Shown piece by piece: positions 24,539-39,300 of a stretch of DNA of 64,000 nt. How positions within the stretch are numbered: position 1 is the stretch's first letter; each line of letters starts with the position of its first letter. Origin of the DNA: Eledone cirrhosa (lineage: Eukaryota). The notes beneath the pieces were generated by a model. It did no database searches. It was not told the DNA's origin and was given only the letters and a program-made list of their open reading frames with translations. The translations under genes and the position numbers were made by a program. The DNA is taken from assembly GCA_964016885.1 (NCBI GenBank), contig OZ024754.1, forward strand, positions 22,258,001 to 22,322,000. Reading direction: 5' to 3'.

Positions 24539-26075
24539 ATATATATATATATATGTATGTGTGTATATATATATATATATGTATGTGTATATATATATAT
24601 GTATGTGTGTATATATATATATATATGTATGTGTATATATATATATATATGTATGTGTATATATATATATATATGTATGTGTATATATATATATATATGT
24701 ATGTGTATATATATATATATATGTATGTGTATATATATATATATATGTATGTGTATATATATATATATATGTATGTGTATATATATATATATATGTGTGT
24801 ATATATATATATATATGTGTGTATATATATATATATATGTATGTGTATATATATATATATATGTATGTGTATATATATATATATATGTATGTGTATATAT
24901 ATATATATATATGTATGTGTATATATATATATATATGTATGTGTATATATATATATATGTATGTGTATATATATATATATATGTATGTGTATATATATAT
25001 ATATATATATGTATGTGTATATATATATATATATGTATGTGTATATATATATATATATATGTATGTGTATATATATATATATATGTATGTGTATATATAT
25101 ATATGTATGTGTATATATATATATGTATGTGTATATATATGTATGTATGTGTATATATATATATGTATGTGTATATATATGTATGTATGTGTATATATAT
25201 ATATATGTATGTGTATATATATGTATGTATGTGTATATATATGTATGTGTGTGTATATATATGTATGTGTGTGTATATATATGTATGTGTGTGTATATAT
25301 ATATGTGTGTGTGTATATATATATGTATGTGTGTATATATATGTGTGTGTATATATATGTGTGTGTATATATATATATGTGTGTGTATATATATATGTGT
25401 GTGTATATATATATATGTGTGTGTATATATATATGTGTGTGTATATATATATGTGTGTGTATATATATATATGTGTGTGTATATATATATGTGTGTGTAT
25501 ATATATATATATGTGTGTGTATATATATATGTGTGTGTGTATATATATATATGTGTGTGTATATATATATATGTGTGTGTATATATATATGTGTGTGTGT
25601 ATATATATATATGTGTGTGTGTATATATATATGTGTGTGTGTATATATATATGTGTGTGTGTATATATATATGTGTGTATATATATATATATATGTATGT
25701 GTATATATATATATATATGTATGTGTATATATATATATATATGTATGTGTATATATATATATATATGTATGTGTATATATATATATATATGTATGTGTAT
25801 ATATATATATATATGTATGTGTATATATATGTATGTGTATATATATGTATGTGTATATATATATATATGTGTATATATTTATATATGTGTATATATATAT
25901 ATATGTGTATATATATATATGTGTATATATATATATATGTGTATATATATATATATGTGTATATATATATATATGTGTATATATATATATATATGTGTAT
26001 ATATATATATATATGTGTATATATATATATATATGTGTATATATATATATATATGTGTATATATATATATATGTG

Positions 26076-26108
<33 letters not shown>

Positions 26109-26173
26109 GTGTATATATATGTGTATATATATATATATGTGTATATATATATATATGTGTATATATATATATA

Positions 26174-26204
<31 letters not shown>

Positions 26205-26787
26205 GTGTATATATATATATATATATATGTGTATATATATATATATATATATGTGTATATATATATATATGTGTATATATATATATATGTGTATATATAT
26301 ATATATATGTGTATATATATATATATATGTGTATATATATATATATGTGTATATATATATATGTGTATATATATATATATATGTGTATATATATATATAT
26401 ATGTGTATATATATATATATGTGTATATGTATATATATGTGTATATGTATATATATGTGTATATATATATATGTGTATATGTGTATATATATATATATAT
26501 GTGTATATATATATATATGTATGTGTATATATATATATGTATGTGTATATATATATATGTATGTGTATATATATATATGTATGTGTATATATATATGTAT
26601 GTGTATATATATATATGTATGTGTATATATATATATGTATGTGTATATATATATGTATGTGTATATATATATGTATGTGTGTATATATATATATGTATGT
26701 GTGTATATATATATATGTATGTGTATATATATATGTATGTGTATATATATATGTATGTATGTGTATATATATATGTATGTATGTGTA
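24210..26787. repeat. 2.6-kb (TA)n-TGTATGTG / (TA)n-TGTG satellite
   Basis: Directly visible, organised in blocks of similar units. Confidence 0.95.
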
Positions 26788-27343
26788 TGGTAACATGTAT
26801 CCCAGTACAACCTGTCTTATGGTCGGGTCGATTTCTTGGTGAGGAGGGTGACTTTGGACATCCTGCAGGACTAAAAACAAAACCTGTCAAAGGGCAAAGG
26901 AGATCTTAAGAGTCAATGGCCATCCAAAATCACCAGGATAGATGACCCCTTAGCCTTTGTCAAGGCAGAATTCTAGGAGAAGGAAAACTCTGATATAACA
27001 TCTGCAACCCTGATGGTCCAATGATGTTGACTTGTTCTTCTTTTTGGTAAATATCATCTTGGTTAAGAGAGTGGGACTGGCTTTGTGCAGTGCCTTTGCT
27101 CACTCTAAAAGCTTCACGGCACAGGTATTGTTTTATATCTGGGGTTCTCTCTGCACTTGTCGTTACATGGTACCATGGGCCCAGCACTATGTGTCAATAA
27201 TTGTCACAAGTGTAATGTTTGTACCAGAGTTTTCAAGTCGCTGGCTGGACTAAAAAGTCACACTCGTTTAGCGCATCGGTAGGGGTTCTCCTACATGGAT
27301 ATAAAGTAGTGGCCATACTCGAAAACGAGTTGGCAGCCACCAT
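26788..27343 (+). mobile_element. Bipartite non-autonomous RTE derivative, copy 1
   Basis: The 5' part resembles the RTE 5' UTR at 36375-36515 and has CTAGGAGAAGGAAAACTCTGA. The 3' part encodes [19 protein letters not shown] and ends GGCCATACTCGAAAACGAG..GCAGCCACCAT, like 40050-40082. Confidence 0.8.
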
Positions 27344-27799
27344 GTATGTGTATATATATATATATGTATGTATGTGTATATATATATATGTATGTATATA
27401 TATATATGTATGTATGTGTGTATATGTATGTATGTGTGTATATATATGTATGTGTGTATATATATGTATGTGTGTATATATATATATATGTATGTACGTG
27501 TGTGTATATATATATATATGTATGTATGTGTGTATATATATATATATATGTACGTGTGTGTATATATATATATATGTATGTACGTGTGTATATATATATA
27601 TGTATGTACGTGTGTATATATATATATATATGTATGTATGTGTATATATATATATATATGTATGTATGTGTATATATATATATATGTATGTATGTGTATA
27701 TATATATATATATATGTATGTGTATATATATATATATGTATGTGTATATATATATATGTATGTATGTGTATATATATATATATGTATGTGTATATATAT

Positions 27800-28380
27800 G
27801 TCAGGTCACCACTTGGTGCTACTGGTCACATGTATCCCAGTACAACCTGTCTTATGGTCGGGTCGATTTCTTGGTGAGGAGGGTGACTTTGGACATCCTG
27901 CAGGACTAAAAACAAAACCTGTCGAAGGGCAAAGGAGCTCTTAAGAGTCAATGGCCATCCGAAATCACTGGGAGAGATGACCCCTTAGCCTTTGTCAAGG
28001 CAGAATTCTAAGAGAAGGAAAACTCTGATATAACACCTGCAACCCTGATGGTATCCAATGATGTTGACTTGTTCTTCTTTTTGGTAAATATCATCTTGGT
28101 TAAGAGAGTGGGACTGGCTTTGTGCAGTGCCTTTGCTCACTATAAAAGCTTCACAGCACAGGCATTGCTTTATATCTGGAGATCTCTCTGCACTTGTCAT
28201 CACATGGTACCATGGGCCCAGCACTATGTGTCAATAATTGTCACAAGTGTAGTGTTTGTGCCAGAGTTTTCAAGTCGCTGGCTGGACTAAAAAGTCACAC
28301 TCGTTCAGCGCATCGGTAGGGGTTCTCCTACATGGATATAAAGTAGTGGCCGTACTCGAAAACGAGTTGGCAGCCACCAT
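27800..28380 (+). mobile_element. Bipartite non-autonomous RTE derivative, copy 2
   Basis: A direct repeat of 26788-27343 with scattered substitutions and about 20 extra 5' bases. Confidence 0.8.
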
Positions 28381-29049
28381 GTGTATATATATGTATGTAT
28401 GTGTATATATATATATGTATGTGTATATATATATATGTATGTATATGTATATATATGTATGTATGTGTATATATATGTATGTATGTGTATATATATATAT
28501 ATGTATGTGTATATATATGTATGTATGTGTATATATATGTATGTATGTGTATATATATATATGTATGTATGTGTATATATATATATGTATGTATGTGTAT
28601 ATATATGTATGTATGTGTATATATATATATGTATGTATGTGTATATATATGTATGTGTATATATATATATGTATGTATGTGTATATATATGTATGTGTAT
28701 ATATATATATGTATGTATGTGTATATATATGTATGTGTATATATATATATATATGTATGTGTATATATATATATGTATGTCTATATATATATATATATGT
28801 ATGTATGTGTATATATATATATATATGTATGTCTATATATATATATGTATGTATGTGTATATATATATATGTATGTATGTGTATATATATATATGTATGT
28901 ATGTGTATATATATATATGTATGTATGTGTATATATATATATGTATGTATGTGTATATATATATATGTATGTATGTGTATATATATATATGTATGTATGT
29001 GTATATATATATATGTATGTATGTGTATATATATATATGTATGTATGTG

Positions 29050-29098
<49 letters not shown>

Positions 29099-29647
29099 AT
29101 ATATATATATATATGTATGTGTATATATATATATATATGTATGTGAATATATATATATATATATATATACACATACATATATATATATATATGTATGTGT
29201 ATATATATATATATATATGTATGTATGTGTATATATATATATGTATGTGTATATATATATATATATATGTATGTGTATATGTATATATATATGTATGTAT
29301 GTGTATATATATATATATATATGTATGTGTATATGTATATATATATGTATGTATATGTATATATATATGTATGTATGTGTATATGTATATATATATATAT
29401 GTATGTGTATATGTATATATATATATGTATGTGTATATGTATATATATGTATGTGTATATATATGTATGTGTATATGTATATATATATATATGTATGTGT
29501 ATATGTATATATATATATATGTATGTGTATATGTATATATATATATATGTATGTGTATATATATATATATATGTATGTGTATATATATATATATATGTAT
29601 GTATGTGTATATATATATATGTATGTATGTGTATATATATATGTATG

Positions 29648-29694
<47 letters not shown>

Positions 29695-30749
29695 GTATGT
29701 GTATATGTATGTGTATATATATATATGTATGTATGTGTATATATATGTATGTATGTGTATATATATATGTATGTATGTGTATATATATATATGTATGTAT
29801 GTGTATATATATGTGTATGTATGTGTATATATATATATATGTATGTATGTGTATATATATATATGTATGTATGTGTATATATATATGTATGTATGTGTAT
29901 ATATATATATATATGTATGTATGTGTATATATATATATATGTATGTATGTGTATATATATATATATGTATGTATGTGTATATATATATATATGTATGTAT
30001 GTGTATATATATATATATGTATGTATGTGTATATATATATATATGTATGTATGTGTATATATATATATATGTATGTATGTGTATATATATATATATGTAT
30101 GTATGTGTATATATATATATATGTATGTATGTGTATATATATATATATGTATGTATGTGTATATATATATATATGTATGTATGTGTATATATATATATAT
30201 GTATGTATGTGTATATATATATATATGTATGTATGTGTATATATATATATATGTATGTATGTGTATATATATATATATGTATGTATGTGTATATATATAT
30301 ATATGTATGTATGTGTATATATATATATATGTATGTATGTGTATATATATATATATGTATGTATGTGTATATATATATATATGTATGTATGTGTATATAT
30401 ATATATATGTATGTATGTGTATATATATATATATGTATGTATGTGTATATATATATATGTATGTATGTGTATATATATATATATGTATGTATGTGTATAT
30501 ATATATATATGTATGTATGTGTATATATATATATATGTATGTATGTGTATATATATATATATGTATGTATGTGTATATATATATATATGTATGTATGTGT
30601 ATATATATATATATGTATGTATGTGTATATATATATATATGTATGTATGTGTATATATATATATATGTATGTATGTGTATATATATATATATGTATGTAT
30701 GTGTATATATATATATATGTATGTATGTGTATATATATATATATGTATG

Positions 30750-30780
<31 letters not shown>

Positions 30781-30813
30781 GTATGTATGTGTATATATAT
30801 ATATATATGTATG

Positions 30814-30844
<31 letters not shown>

Positions 30845-30855
30845 GTATGTATGTG

Positions 30856-30886
<31 letters not shown>

Positions 30887-31163
30887 ATATATATATATAT
30901 GTATGTATGTGTATATATATATATATATGTATGTATGTGTATATATATATATATATGTATGTATGTGTATATATATATATATATGTATGTATGTGTATAT
31001 ATATATATATATGTATGTATGTGTATATATATATATATATGTATGTATGTGTATATATATATATATATGTATGTATGTGTATATATATATATATATGTAT
31101 GTATGTGTATATATATATATATATGTATGTATGTGTATATATATATATATATGTATGTATGTG

Positions 31164-31194
<31 letters not shown>

Positions 31195-31195
31195 G

Positions 31196-31226
<31 letters not shown>

Positions 31227-31227
31227 G

Positions 31228-31258
<31 letters not shown>

Positions 31259-31259
31259 G

Positions 31260-31290
<31 letters not shown>

Positions 31291-31291
31291 G

Positions 31292-31322
<31 letters not shown>

Positions 31323-31323
31323 G

Positions 31324-31354
<31 letters not shown>

Positions 31355-31355
31355 G

Positions 31356-31386
<31 letters not shown>

Positions 31387-31387
31387 G

Positions 31388-31418
<31 letters not shown>

Positions 31419-31419
31419 G

Positions 31420-31450
<31 letters not shown>

Positions 31451-31451
31451 G

Positions 31452-31482
<31 letters not shown>

Positions 31483-31486
31483 GTAT
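28381..31486. repeat. 3.1-kb GTATGTATGTGT(AT)n satellite
   Basis: Directly visible, with blocks of 24-, 26-, 28- and 32-bp units. Confidence 0.95.
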
Positions 31487-33088
31487 AAGCACCACAGACG
31501 CTCTTTTCATAGTACGACAACTACAGGAGAAGTTCCTAGCTAAAGGTAAACCCCTCTACTTAGCTTTTGTCGACTTGGAGAAAGCCTTCGACAGAGTCCC
31601 CCGCTCCATTATCTGGTGGGCTCTTAGAAAACTAGGCGTTGACGAATGGCTTGCGAGGGCTATACAAGCCATGTATAAAGAAACAGTCAGCAAGGTTAGA
31701 ATTAACAACGAATATAGTGAAGAGTTTAGCGTAAAAGTTGGCGTCCATCAGGGCTCTGTTCTCAGCCCCCTACTATTTATTATTGCCCTTCAGGCTATAA
31801 CAGAGGAGTTCAAGACAAGCTGCCCATGGGAACTCCTATACGCAGACGACCTGACACTCATAGCGGAATCTATGGCCGAGCTAGAGAAGAAATTCTAAAC
31901 ATGGAAGCACGGCCTAGAGTCAAAAGGACTTAAAATTAACCTGGCTAAGACCAAAGTTCTAGTTTGTAGGAAAGAAAACAAGGCGGCGGTCCCTTCTGGG
32001 AAATGGTCGTGCTCGGTGTGTAGGAAAGGCGTAGGTAGAAACTCCATTTTATGTCCTAAATGCAAAGTATGGGTGCATAAAAGATGTAGTGGGATCACAG
32101 GTAAGCTAACTAAGAACATAGATTTTACATGTGGCCGGTGTTCTGGTGCAATAAGTAGCAGCAAGTGCCCACAAAATACTAGCTCTTTCAATTGCGCAGA
32201 GGGTTCTATAGAAATAGTGGACAGCTTCCGTTACCTGGGCGATAAAATCAGCAGTGGGGGAGGGTGCTCTGAAAGTACTGTAGCTAGAGTCAGAACTGGT
32301 TGGAAAAAGTTCAGAGAGCTTATACCACTATTAGCTGCTAAAGGGTTCTCCCTAAAAATGAAAGGCAGGTTGTACGATGCCTGCATACGAACAGCAATGT
32401 TGCATGGCAGTGAAACCTGGGCATTGTGTGCAGAGGATATACGCAGACTAGAGAGGAACGAAGCTTGCATGCTCCGCTGGATGTGTAACAGTAATATACG
32501 TGAACGGCAAAGCATAAACGAACTAAGGAAAAAATTAGAGATAAGAGGGATCAGATGTTGTTTACTCGAGAGAAGGCTACGTTGGTATGGACACGTGATG
32601 CGCATGAAAGTCGATAGCTGTATAACAAAGTGCAGGGCAATAAAGATAGACGGTAGTCACGGAATAGGCAGACCTAGAAAAACCTGGGACGAGCTGATAA
32701 ACTCCGACATCACACACTTACACCTCTCCAAGACAATGTCACTGGACCGAGACCTTTGGCGGTACTCAGTAACAGAGAAGACCCGCCCTACCTAAATATA
32801 TAGTAAAACCTACTCCAGTCAGTAGGCATCTCTAACAAAATACACCCCGTCCCACCACCCCCACCCCATCCACACCACCCCATTCTATGTAAAGTTATGT
32901 TGGTGCCGCGCCATCCAGGCCGAAACAAATGAGATCGTGTAGGTGTCACGACAAAAAAAACACACAGTCCACGCTGTAATGTGGCCGTGTAGGCAACACG
33001 GTAAAAACCTCCCAGACCCACACTGTAAATGTGGTTGGTGTTAGGAAGGGCATCCAACTGTAGAAAACCTGCCAGACAGTCCTATGCG
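31487..33088 (+). mobile_element. RTE LINE (subfamily B), truncated at both ends
   Basis: [25 protein letters not shown], a premature TAA at 31896-31898 and the ORF 32016-32795. The 3' UTR stops short of the tail. Confidence 0.95.
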
Positions 33089-33471
33089 TTACACATCCAG
33101 CGGAGCATGCAAGCTTCGTTCCTCTCTAGTCTGCGTATATCCTCTGCGCACAATGCCCAGGTCTCACTGCCATGCAGCATTGCTGTTCGTATGCAGGCAT
33201 CGTACAACCTGCCTTTCATTTTTAGGGAGAACCCTTTAGCAGCTAATAGTGGTATAAGCTCTCTGAACTTTTTCCAACCAGTTCTGACTCTAGCTACAGT
33301 ACTTTCAGAGCACCCTCCCCCACTGCTGATTTTATCGCCCAGGTAACGGAAGCTGTCCACTATTTCTATAGAACCCTCTGCGCAATTGAAAGAGCTAGTA
33401 TTTTGTGGGCACTTGCTGCTACTTATTGCCCCAGAACACCGGCCACATGTAAAATCTATGTTCTTAGTTAG
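33089..33471 (-). mobile_element. Inverted internal RTE fragment (subfamily B)
   Basis: Reverse complement of about 32108-32490 with a few substitutions. Confidence 0.92.
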
Positions 33472-33569
33472 CGTGTATGTATATATATGTATGTATGTAT
33501 GTGTATGTATATATATATGTACGTATGTATGTGTATGTATATATGTATGTATGTGTATATATATATGTA

Positions 33570-36201
33570 TGTTTTCTCTTTTTCTTAATTTCGAGTATAT
33601 TTTTTTGACCGGCCACCCTCCTGGTGGCAAGGTTGTAAAAGAAAAGAAATTGTCATCCCTTGAATCGCAAGAATGTTTTGCAAATTTTGAAGGTGCCAGC
33701 TATCGCAGCCATTTGTAGACTATGAATTAGGGAGCTGCGCTTTTTGTCCGCAAATCCAAGTTCAGTCATACTTTGGTCCAAGCGGGTTGGTATATAACCC
33801 GTAGCACCAATAATGATGGGTATGAAGCTAAAGGTGTATCTTGGATACTGGATTTGTAAACTCCTCATCAATGGTCCGTAGATGTCCTCCTTCTCCTGTA
33901 TTTTTCTGACAACGTTTACATCAAGTGGGCAGCTGATCTCCACAACACAACACGTTTTCAATGTGTGGTCCCAAACTACAATATCAGGCCGGTTGTGCTT
34001 TAATTTGGTGGCAGTTTTTATTTTCAGGTTCCACCAGTATTCCTTAGTGCCATCTGTCTCAATATATTCTTCCTCGTTTGTTGTTAATTTTTTTTCCGAA
34101 GTGCGTTCCAGATGGTTCTAGCTATCCCATCGTGTCTCATGGGGAGGTAGTAGCGAGATGACATTCTTTCGCAGCTGGCAACAATGTGGCTAACATCCTC
34201 GATCTTTGTTTTACATAGCCTACATTTATTGTCAGCTGCTGGCCCTCCTCTTTTGTGCAGCAGATATTTGGTAGGGAGTTCTTGTTCCTGTATTGCATAG
34301 AGATATCCCTCAAGGTGTGATGTCATAAACTTGTCGGAACTCCATGCCAGGCTTTTTGAGTGGTTTATCCCCTCTATTGTCTGTGTTTTACGCCTCAAGT
34401 ATCCATGCACAACTTTTTCTGTAAATTGGTCAATTTTTTTATCTTGTTTGAACATTGAATAGGATCTTCCGATTTCTCTGGGTGAGAGATTTATATCAGG
34501 CTTTATTCCATATCTCTCCTCCAGATCAGTCGCTATTCTAATGATATTTCATTTTTCATGGTCATAAACCTGGGCAAGATGGTTGCCAACCTTTTTCCTC
34601 TGTTGAAGGTGTTGCTTCAGTGTTACTATCCGAGTCTCATATGTTGTTAATATTGCGTGAGAAGTATAGCCTATCCACATCACCATTGATGTGAAAGTTC
34701 CCAGTAACACTGAGAAGTTTTCGAGTTCTAACATCCATCTCACTTAGTTCTTGCAATGACCAGTTCAGTAGGCCAAATGTTGGCGTTAGAATTGGCACAG
34801 CATAAGTATTGTGGGCAATGTATTTGTTGTATGCTGACAGTTCTGATGACCATATTTTCTTTACTCTTCTGAGGTATTCAGTTCTGGTTCTCTCCTTATT
34901 TATGGGTCCATCATATCTGACATTCTCATCCTGTCCAAGATATCTGTAGTTGTCACCTGACTGCAGAGGTTGTATTGTCAGGCCGTTCATCTCTAGATTT
35001 CTAGAGGAGGGCACAGCTCTTCCACGTTTTACTGCCAAATATGCACACTTGGACTCACCAAATTTCATTTTGATGTCGGTTGAAAATTGTGTAATGAGGT
35101 CCAATTGTTTCTTGATGTCATTGATATTTGGCCCATACAACTTCAGGTCATCAACAAAGAAAAGATGGGAGATACTTCTGGGCCCACTTCTTTGTCCACC
35201 TTGTTTCCTGAGTAGGTAAGATAGTGGATTCAGTGAGAGAACGAAGAGTAGCACTGACAAGCTATCACCCTGAAAGATGCCCTTCTGGTAATGTATCTTA
35301 TCAGTCTTAACCTGCTCCTTCTCACCTCTAAGGATCAAACTGGTGTACCAGTTCTTGGTCAGGCGTTCAACAGCAGCTACCAATGGTTGTGGGACTTTAG
35401 CTAACTGTAAAGCCTTAACAATCCACCCATGAGGTACACTATCAAATGCTTTTTGATAGTCCAGCCACACGACAGTCATGTTTCTGCGATTCTTTGTTGT
35501 TTTTTCCTGAATCATTTTGTTAGTTAGTAGGTGATCTATGCAACCCCACACCTCCCTCTTTCCACCAGCTTGCTCAGGTGTTATGATGTTGTTGGTAGCA
35601 CAGTGATCCTGTAAGAACAGGTTAAGGCACCCAGTATATAATTTATGATGTTTTGGCAGGCAATTGGGCGGTAATTTTTAGCAAGGGTGGTTTGGCTATT
35701 TTTGGGAATGAGGAGAGTAGAGGCAGTTGATAACCATCTGGGCAGTTCTTGTGTGCCCTTAATGGTTTCTGTAAACAGCTGTATGAGATCTTGCCGATAG
35801 AAAGTGAAATTCTTCAACCAGTATCCTGTAATGAGGTCTGGGCCTGGCGATTTCCTATTCAACATTTTCTGTAGAGCTGTTTCCAGTATTGACCCATCTA
35901 TGTCATATTGTTTTGTCTGGACATGTTGGCAGTAGTCCTGTTCCAGTTCTTTTAGCCAATTAGCTTGTCTGTTGAATCCGTCATCCGTTTCCCATACAGA
36001 TCTCCAGTAGCTCTCAACCTGTTCTTTTGAAGGGGTGTCATTTACAGAGATTGAGCTTTTGACACCGAAGCTGCGATAAACTGATTTAGGATCTCTGGCA
36101 AACAATCTATTTAGTACTTGTCGTTTATGTGCTGTTGACTTATATTTTAGTCTTTCTGTTGTAGCTGTGAGTTGTTGTTTCAACTGGTGTAATTTGGAGT
36201 T
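33570..36201 (-). mobile_element. 5'-truncated R4/Dong-like non-LTR retrotransposon (RT, CCHC, restriction-like endonuclease)
   Basis: WLDYQKAFDSVPH, GIFQGDSLS, HLFFVDDLK, YRYLG, CRLC...EDVSHIVASC, RHD, NRPDIVVWD...VEISCP and IPIIIGATG, with frameshifts. Confidence 0.88.
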
Positions 36202-36218
36202 ATGTATGTATGTATGTA

Positions 36219-36273
<55 letters not shown>

Positions 36274-36374
36274 ATGTATGTATGTATATATATATGTATG
36301 TATGTATGTATATATATATATATATGTATGTATGTATATATGTATGTATGTATATGTATGTATGTATATATATA

Positions 36375-39300
36375 CTGGATTAACTCTGACATAAAACCTG
36401 CGGCTCAGTAGTTACCGATGATGTTGATCTTTTCTTCTTTTCGGGATATAGTGGGATTGGCTCAGTGCACAGTCTTTCCTCACTTTAAAAATATCCGTCA
36501 CGCACAGGCATTGCACGAGTGCATTAATAATTATTAATAGTGTACTATTATTATTATTATTATTATTATTACTATTACTATTAGCTTTTTTTTTTTTTTT
36601 ATTTTTTCCAATTCAATGATGTTCCAGAACAATATAAAAGAGATAATTGGCAATTTAGGTTCTGGAACAAAAAAGATCATTGGCAATAAGGGCTGGGGCC
36701 CCAGGTTATCACAGCCTGGGCCCGCTTGTCATCGTGCCATTTTAATAGAGCCAAACAAGGCACTTAGTCTTGGCTGTTGGAACGTACGGACGCTGCTTGA
36801 CAGGGATTCCTTGGGGCGTCCTGAACGAAGGACCGCTCTAGTTGCAAAGGAGCTTCGACGTTACGATCTTGACATCGTGGCTTTATCTGAGACGAGGCTA
36901 GCTGGAGATGGTCATCTTACGGAATTTTGTGGAGAATATACATTCTTCTGGATAGGAAGAGATGAAGGAACCAGAAGAGAGGCTGGGGTAGGATTTGCTG
37001 TTAAGACTGTGCTTGTGAACAAATTAGAAGAATTCCCAGTAGGGATTAGTGAGCGTCTTATGTCCATGAGAGTTCCGCTGGACAAGGGAAGATATGCTAC
37101 CCTGGTGAGTGTGTATGCTCCAACTATGAGTTCTGTCGATGAGGAAAAGGTGTCCTTTTACCATGCCTTGAAAGGTGTTTTAACAAATATCCCCTCAGGC
37201 AGACAAAGTCATCGTGCTTGGTGACTTTAATGCTAGAGTGGGTAGGGATTTTAACACATGGAATGTAATCGGAAGGCATGGGGTGGGAAAGTGTAACAGC
37301 AATGGTATGCTGCTGCAGATGTGTGAGGAGCTGGATCTGTGTGTTACCAACACCATGTTCCAACAAAAGAACAAATTCAAGACCACATGGATGCATCCTG
37401 CATCTAAGGAATGGCATCTTTTGGACTACGTCCTAGTCAGGATGCGTGACAGACAGGATGTGCAATGTGTTCGTGTTCTTTGTGGAGCTGAGTGCTGGAC
37501 GGTACGCGCAAAAGTGAAACTAATCACTAAACGTAAAATCCGGGCTCCTGGTGTTGCCCTGCCCAAAAGATGGAATGCTGCTCGTCTTAAGGATAAAAAT
37601 GTGAAGAGGACATTGGAAGAAGAGATGCAGTCTGCAGATCTTGGTGAGGATTGGCCGACCCTTAAAAAGTCGGTTTATGATGTAGGCAGGCGTGTTCTGG
37701 GATTGGCGCAGAGGAAACATCAGGACTGGTTTGATGAGAATGATGTACATATAGAAGACTTCTTGGCTGATAAGAGGTGTGCTCTGTCACGCTACTTGAC
37801 GGCAAAACCACAGGAGAGGAATACGTTGCATGAGGAACTCAGGGATGTAAAATCACATGTTAGGCGGAGTCTTTCTCAGATGAAGGATCAGTGGTGGAGT
37901 GAGAAGGCTGGTGAGATACAAACTGCGTCTGATTCCAATAACACAAAGCTGTTGTACAGTCTCTTGCGTGAGGTTTATGGACCGTCTTCTTCTCTGGTGA
38001 CACCGCTTCGCAGCAAGGATGGCAAAGAACTTCTTCGTGACTCACAAGGAATTCTACGAAGGTGGCGAGAGCACTTTGATGATCTTTTGAATCAGCCATC
38101 TGTCGTCAGTGAAGATTTCCTCAATCTCATTCCAGAAAGTCCTGTGAAAGTAGCTCTCGCAGAACCTCCGACGCTTGTGGAGGTTGCAGTGGCTATTTCG
38201 AAGCTGAACAGTGGAAGATCTCAAGGTATGGATGGCATACATGCTGAACTCCTACAATATGGTGGTGAGAGACTCCTGCAACATCTTCACTCTTTGTTTG
38301 GCAGTATATGGGCTAATGAATCCGTACCTGAGGACTGGAGAGATGCAGTAATGGTGGTCTTGTACAAAGGAAAGGGTAACAGGAACAATTGTGGGAACTA
38401 CAGAGGTATATCATTGCTTTCTGTTGTAGGGAAAGTTTTATGTAGGGTGCTTCTGGACCGTCTGCTGACACACATTGCAGATTGTGTTCTTCCTGAAAGT
38501 CAATCTGGTTTTCGTGCTGGACGCGGCACTACTGATATGATCTTCTCAGCTAGACAGCTCCAGGAGAAGTGCATGGAACAAGGCTTGGATCTGTATCGGG
38601 TTTTTGTCGATCTGACAAAAGCTTTCGATACTGTTAACAGAGATGCATTATGGAAGGTTCTCCAGAGACTTGGTTGCCCTGATAAGTTCCTTGCTTTAGT
38701 TAGGTCTTTCCATGACGACATGAAGGCTTGGGTTAATGTCGGGGGTAACATGTCGGAGCCTATCTCAGTAAAAAATGGAGTAAAACAGGGGGATATTCCA
38801 GCACCGACCCTGTTTGCCATATACTTTGCAACCTGTTTGCCATATACTTTGCAATGGTTTTCTGTATTGCATTCAGGAATTGCGAGCATGGTGTTTACAT
38901 CCGATATCGAACCTCAGGCAGCATATTTAACATCAGGCGCTTTGCTGCGAAGACAAAGGTGTTTACATCAATCATAAGAGACCTCTTGTATGCAGATGAT
39001 TGCGATCTTGTAGCGCACACAGAGAGTGATATGCAGCACATTTTGAATGCATTTTCTGACGCTTGCACTGCCCTAGGTCTGACTGTCAGTCTCAAGAAAA
39101 CCGTCGTCATGTACCAACCTGCCCGTGGTAAGCAGTACACTGAACCAAACATCTATGTGTATGGCAAACGACTTGGAGTGGTTGATCAGTTTGTCTACCT
39201 GGGAAGCACTGTCAATCGATACAGCAACCTTGACAGTGAAATCTCACTTGTGTGCTCTCTTGTCTTCTTTATGCCTGCGAGACCTGGGTCACATATCGAC

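Noticed and set aside
24210-31486. CRISPR-like array of repeats with unique spacers
   Set aside because: The context is eukaryotic, the repeats are variable microsatellites, the 'spacers' are retroelements, and there are no cas genes.
24147-31898. ORFs of 800-1167 aa made of Y/I/M/C/V or Y/I/H/T (also at 18.4-19.8, 46.4-47.5 and 53.5-64 kb)
   Set aside because: (TA)n/(TATG)n contains no stop codons in most frames, so these are not genes. The apparent fusions to RT or GIY-YIG are coincidental read-through.
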